DNA of 59,668 nucleotides from a virus (Duplodnaviria; Caudoviricetes): IMG/VR virus record IMGVR_UViG_3300031862_000785, positions 1-59,668 of that record; one strand, given 5' to 3'. A model generated the notes under the pieces. It saw only the letters and a program-made list of their open reading frames with translations, did not search any database and had not been told where the DNA came from. Numbering within the stretch: the first letter of the stretch is position 1; every line of letters begins with the position of its first letter. Shown here one piece after another: positions 54,434 to 59,668 of this stretch. The translations under genes and the position numbers were made by a program.

Positions 54434-55477
54434 CTACACCAGAGCGAGATCGGGCGGGAACAGCCGGAGCCGATGGCCCACGCGGTGTCGCGTTTCGATC
54501 AGCCGGGTGCCGGCACCGGCCTCCGCAGCATCCAACGCGCGGCGGAGTTCCTTTACCGTGTCGTGTATCTGACGGCGGTAGATCATCATCTTAACGCTTT
54601 CGCCGGGCCAGAACATGGCGTAGATCGTCTCCCGCTTGACCCAGCCTTCATCGCCCCCGGCTGCCTGCCGCGCAAGGAGCACGAGGAGTTGGAAGGCACG
54701 TGGCGGCATGGACAGAGCGACACCACGGAAGTAGGCCTGGTGGCCCGCCACATTCACTAGGAGCACGGCCTCCGCAGCCAGCAGCGGTTTCGGGCGCGAT
54801 AGGGCTTCGGTCCTCCAGTAATCGCAGATCGTCTCGGTGACCGCTTGCGTGTCCAGCTTGAGACCATCGTGGTCGAGGTTCAGCATCCGGCAGAGCGGAA
54901 GCACCTGGGTTCTCTCATTGAACACGCCGTCCGCGGGAGCCTCCGCAAGGGTGAGGACGACAGACACTGCGCTCCCTCGGAACGCCGTTCGCTGGTCGAA
55001 GACTTCCCGCGCATCGCTCCATCCGACTCCGCGGGCAAGGAACATGTCTCCGTCGCCTTCCCTGGCCACTACCTTCCCCAACGACCACAGTCGCCCAGTT
55101 ACGCGCTCCTCGACATTTCCTTTCGCGCCGAGTTCTTCGGCGACGATCTCTGCCAGGGGGCCAAGGTCAACCTTCCACTGCCTTAGCCGCTCCAGGGGGA
55201 TAGCTACCCGTCCGATATCGTCTCGCTCCTCACAAACGACATATGCTCGCGGAGGCTCCCCCTCTCCGGCATCGAGGAGTTCCACCTCTGCCAGGCAACG
55301 CTGCTCGCACCCTGGGCAAGTGGTGGAGGTCGCGTAATCGCCTTGCCTCAGCACGCCTGATGAGCGCAGTGCTGCCAGGTGTTCACGAGGCCAGCGCGCG
55401 ACGTCCTCAGTCTCGAATGATGTACTGGACGCTACGTCGGCGCTTTGCAGAACCGTCCTGAGTGCGTCCTGAGACAT
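54434..55477 (-). CDS. Hypothetical protein with Cys motif and C-terminal OmpR-like winged helix
   Basis: CPGC...C...C; FQLLVLLA...V.RE.I...W...VKELRRAL...IETRHRVG.RL. Confidence 0.7.
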   Translation of the reverse strand: MSQDALRTVLQSADVASSTSFETEDVARWPREHLAALRSSGVLRQGDYATSTTCPGCEQRCLAEVELLDAGEGEPPRAYVVCEERDDIGRVAIPLERLRQWKVDLGPLAEIVAEELGAKGNVEERVTGRLWSLGKVVAREGDGDMFLARGVGWSDAREVFDQRTAFRGSAVSVVLTLAEAPADGVFNERTQVLPLCRMLNLDHDGLKLDTQAVTETICDYWRTEALSRPKPLLAAEAVLLVNVAGHQAYFRGVALSMPPRAFQLLVLLARQAAGGDEGWVKRETIYAMFWPGESVKMMIYRRQIHDTVKELRRALDAAEAGAGTRLIETRHRVGHRLRLFPPDLALV

Positions 55478-56633
55478 CGATGTTCCACCTCCTCAGCAGC
55501 TCTCGGGCGATATCATCTTCTGGGTCATGCTTCAGCGAGCACGAGTTCGGATGGGAGACGCGGATCGTGAGTCGCTTCCGTGAAGCTGCTTCTGGGCGAA
55601 ACACAAGTTGGATGCTGGCACGGTCGGCGACTACCAAGTCGGAGGGGATTCCCTTCGCCTTGAGGACAACCTGCAGCAACTCCCGAACCCCCCCGGGGTC
55701 TTTTCTCGTGTTAGCCTCCAGCGTGATTCGCCGGTTCGCCTCCCCCATGATACGCACCCGAAGTGACTGAAGTAACGCGCAGTCCACCCCGTCTTCCGGC
55801 TGCAGCACGAACTGGAAGTCAGGACGCAGAATGCCGTTGAGTTCGTAGCTGATGCCCTGGTCGTCGAGGCCCGACAAATCGACGCCCAGGATCGCACGGC
55901 CGAAAACCAGCCGCAGCTCTCGCTTCGTGTCGTGGGAACCTCGCGCGTGTAGGTCGAGCCAGCGGTCCTTCTCATCGTAAACAAAGATCACCTCGAACGC
56001 GGGCCGCTGAGTCTGGGGCCTGAGCATATGCTTGATGTCGTACACCAGCCGGCTTTCGGCGTAGTCTTCCGGATGGGCGAACCAGTATAGCCTGCTGTCC
56101 CTTCGGTAGTGGTCCACTTTGCAGTGGTGACCGCGGCCCTCCGCCCTGCTGTAATACTGAGATAGGTCGCTCTCCAGGCGCCGGGTCCCCTCCCGGCTCG
56201 TGTCCGGCTTGCACTCGGGCAGGTCACGTGACCGATCCCAACTGGCCAGTCCAGCGGCGTAGTGGAGCTGCTGGGCGACCCGGAACACCTTGGGATGATG
56301 GAGGAACGTCCAGAAGGCGCGTTCCAGGTGACCCCCCATCTTCGCGAAGTCCTCGGCCAACTCGACGCGATGGTGTCGGTCCCTGCCCTCGTCTATGAGT
56401 GTCTTCGTGCCACCCTCGTCGGCCATCCCGTATACTCGCCGGAAGTCGGTGTCTATCTCCCGCCTGATCTTCTCCGGCGCGCTGTCAATCGCTCGCTGGA
56501 TATGTTCAATCTTCCGCTCGCTGAGATGCTTCCATGGAATATCTTCTCCGATCCCACGCTTCGTCAGATACTGCTTCAGCAGCGTGTTCGGAGCCTGCCG
56601 CAAGAACGACTTCGGAGAGTATTGCCTCGACAT
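55407..56633 (-). CDS. Hypothetical protein
   Basis: MSRQYSPK start at 56633 with AAGGAGG RBS. Confidence 0.7.
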   Translation of the reverse strand: MSRQYSPKSFLRQAPNTLLKQYLTKRGIGEDIPWKHLSERKIEHIQRAIDSAPEKIRREIDTDFRRVYGMADEGGTKTLIDEGRDRHHRVELAEDFAKMGGHLERAFWTFLHHPKVFRVAQQLHYAAGLASWDRSRDLPECKPDTSREGTRRLESDLSQYYSRAEGRGHHCKVDHYRRDSRLYWFAHPEDYAESRLVYDIKHMLRPQTQRPAFEVIFVYDEKDRWLDLHARGSHDTKRELRLVFGRAILGVDLSGLDDQGISYELNGILRPDFQFVLQPEDGVDCALLQSLRVRIMGEANRRITLEANTRKDPGGVRELLQVVLKAKGIPSDLVVADRASIQLVFRPEAASRKRLTIRVSHPNSCSLKHDPEDDIARELLRRWNIDVSGRTQDGSAKRRRSVQYIIRD

Positions 56634-56978
56634 GCTCGCCCCTCCTTGCCAGCAGCAGTATAGCACTCCATCAGGCGAGCAGGAAGCACTAAACCCCGTG
56701 GCGATGGTCTCCCGCGGACTTACCACGCAAGCAGCAGTGTCGCAGAATAGCGCCGCAAGGCTCGTGCAGGCTGGTAGAACAGTGAGGGCGGTATTCCCTG
56801 CCACTCAGGAACAGACAGGCGCCAGGCTGAGTCGGCGCTTGGCGTTGCCCCGGAATCCGCCCCTGAAGCCCCTGTGTGCCGCAAGAAGGGAGAGGTAGGC
56901 GTCCTTTTGCCCCACCGACCGGCTGTCCGCCCGCAACAGGGCCAGTGGGCGCTCACGCGGGCAAGCGCAACGCGGCCG

Positions 56979-57394
56979 CTATCGGGGCGGGAACCCCCAC
57001 TTCTTCCGCTGCTCGGTCCAGTAGGGTGGGATGTCGAGCAGGCGAGCCAGAGAAAGCCCACTGGGTTCGTCGCCCCGCATGATTGACTCGACGATATCCG
57101 GGGCCAGCAGGGACAGACGAAGAATCCGCGCCACGTAGGAAGCGTCCATTCCCATAGCGGCCGCCATCTCTGCGACGCTCGCGTAGCGCCCACTCTCGAT
57201 CAGTTCCTTCCACCGATGCGCTCGTGCGATGGCCACCACCAGGGGCTTGTTGGTTCGACAGGGTGTGGACGGCTCGGATGCCTGGCAGCCGAGGCTGATG
57301 ATCTCCTTGCGCCCGCCTCGGCGCTTGAAGGTCAGGGGAATCCGAAACACCAGGTGGTCGCCCTCCTCGACAAGCTCTGGACTCTGGATTTCGG

Positions 57395-57398
<4 letters not shown>
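56979..57398 (-). CDS. Recombinase-associated HTH protein
   Basis: KRRGGRK, AIARAHRWKELIESG.YAS..E.A...G.D.SYV.RILRL.LLAPDIVE.I. Confidence 0.8.
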
Positions 57399-58980
<1,582 letters not shown>

Positions 58981-58984
<4 letters not shown>

Positions 58985-59454
58985 CGCGCTCTCTCACCTC
59001 CGTTAGGTGGCCGCAGGCCAAAAAAGGCGCGGCCGTTCCAGTGGGTGCCCGTGATGGCCTTGGTGATGGCTGTCAGCGACCGATAGCGCCGCCCTTCGAA
59101 CTCGAAGCCCTTCACGAGCACCGTCACCTCATAACGCTTGCCGTTCCACTCACGCACCAGGCGAGTGCCGGCTGTCGGGAGGTCGCGGTCGCGCTTCCCC
59201 TGCCGCCCGTTCCCGCCGATGGCACCGTCCTCATTCAGCTTTGCCTCTCGCAGGACGTCGGCCATCTGGCTACGGGTAGTATCAGACAGACCGCCGTGGG
59301 CGAGCTCCTGGAGGCGGTAGGCCAGCCGCTTGGTCAGGAAGGTGCGGTTGTACCCTGGCGGCTCGCTGCCGTACAGTTCCCGCCACCGATCTTGCAGGTC
59401 TCGGGCCGACAGGCGCCTCAGATCGGCAATCTGCTTCAGGATGCTGTTACTCAT
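58981..59454 (-). CDS. DUF2924-like protein
   Basis: LAYRLQE..HGGL, GTRLVREWNG, YRSLTAI.KAITGTHWNGRAFFGL. Confidence 0.9.
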
Positions 59455-59668
59455 CTATCTCTGCCTCCGACTCGGGTTCGATACATTCATCCCTCGGAAC
59501 GCCGAACAGCTCAAGACCTTTCTTTCTCGCGTCCACCTTCGCCAAGGCTGCGGCGGATGAATCCGTGCGCCGCAGTCGGAGACGCAGAAAGCCGGTGGCG
59601 AGCAGGCCTGCCACCTCCTCCAGGCGTTGGGCCGGGGTCATTGACTCGGGTTCGAGCGAGTTGCGCAC
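59447..59668 (-). CDS. Small hypothetical protein upstream of DUF2924 (may be 5' truncated)
   Basis: MTPAQRLEEVAGLLATGFLRL; overlaps the DUF2924 start. Confidence 0.55.
   Translation of the reverse strand: MRNSLEPESMTPAQRLEEVAGLLATGFLRLRLRRTDSSAAALAKVDARKKGLELFGVPRDECIEPESEAEIDE
59531..59560. repeat. REP-like hairpin, family A
   Basis: Minus strand TCCGCCGCAGCCTTGGCGAAGGTGGA. Confidence 0.55.

Overview
This GC-rich 59.7 kb window is almost entirely one temperate siphovirus-like (pro)phage, with nearly all genes on the minus strand. Reading right to left: (1) DUF2924-like gene and large serine recombinase. (2) A sigma-like regulator and a recombination/replication block (PD-(D/E)XK nuclease, AAA_24 ATPase, DUF669-like SSB, ERCC4 nuclease, RecD2 helicase, AEP primase-helicase with an iteron-like origin). 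(3) A divergent XRE repressor and SbcD/SbcC. (4) A DNA-modification cluster (three methyltransferases, ParB-like proteins, DUF1599-like, DUF4406-like) next to the terminase. (5) An AbiEi/AbiEii/TIM-barrel moron. (6) Portal, MuF-type minor head protein, scaffold, capsid, neck and tail genes, with a -1 frameshift in the tail chaperone. (7) Lysis genes and an amidoligase/GATase/ART-like accessory operon. The most unusual signals are: an intein in the MuF gene whose DUF559/Vsr-like endonuclease is encoded on the opposite strand; a repeated promoter-hairpin-terminator leader RNA with compensatory base changes, linked to small DUF2292-like proteins; a 44-codon sigma-factor fragment inserted in frame in AbiEi; and a stand-alone duplicate of the primase C-terminal domain beside the origin. 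All family assignments come from motif recognition by eye; no database searches were run.
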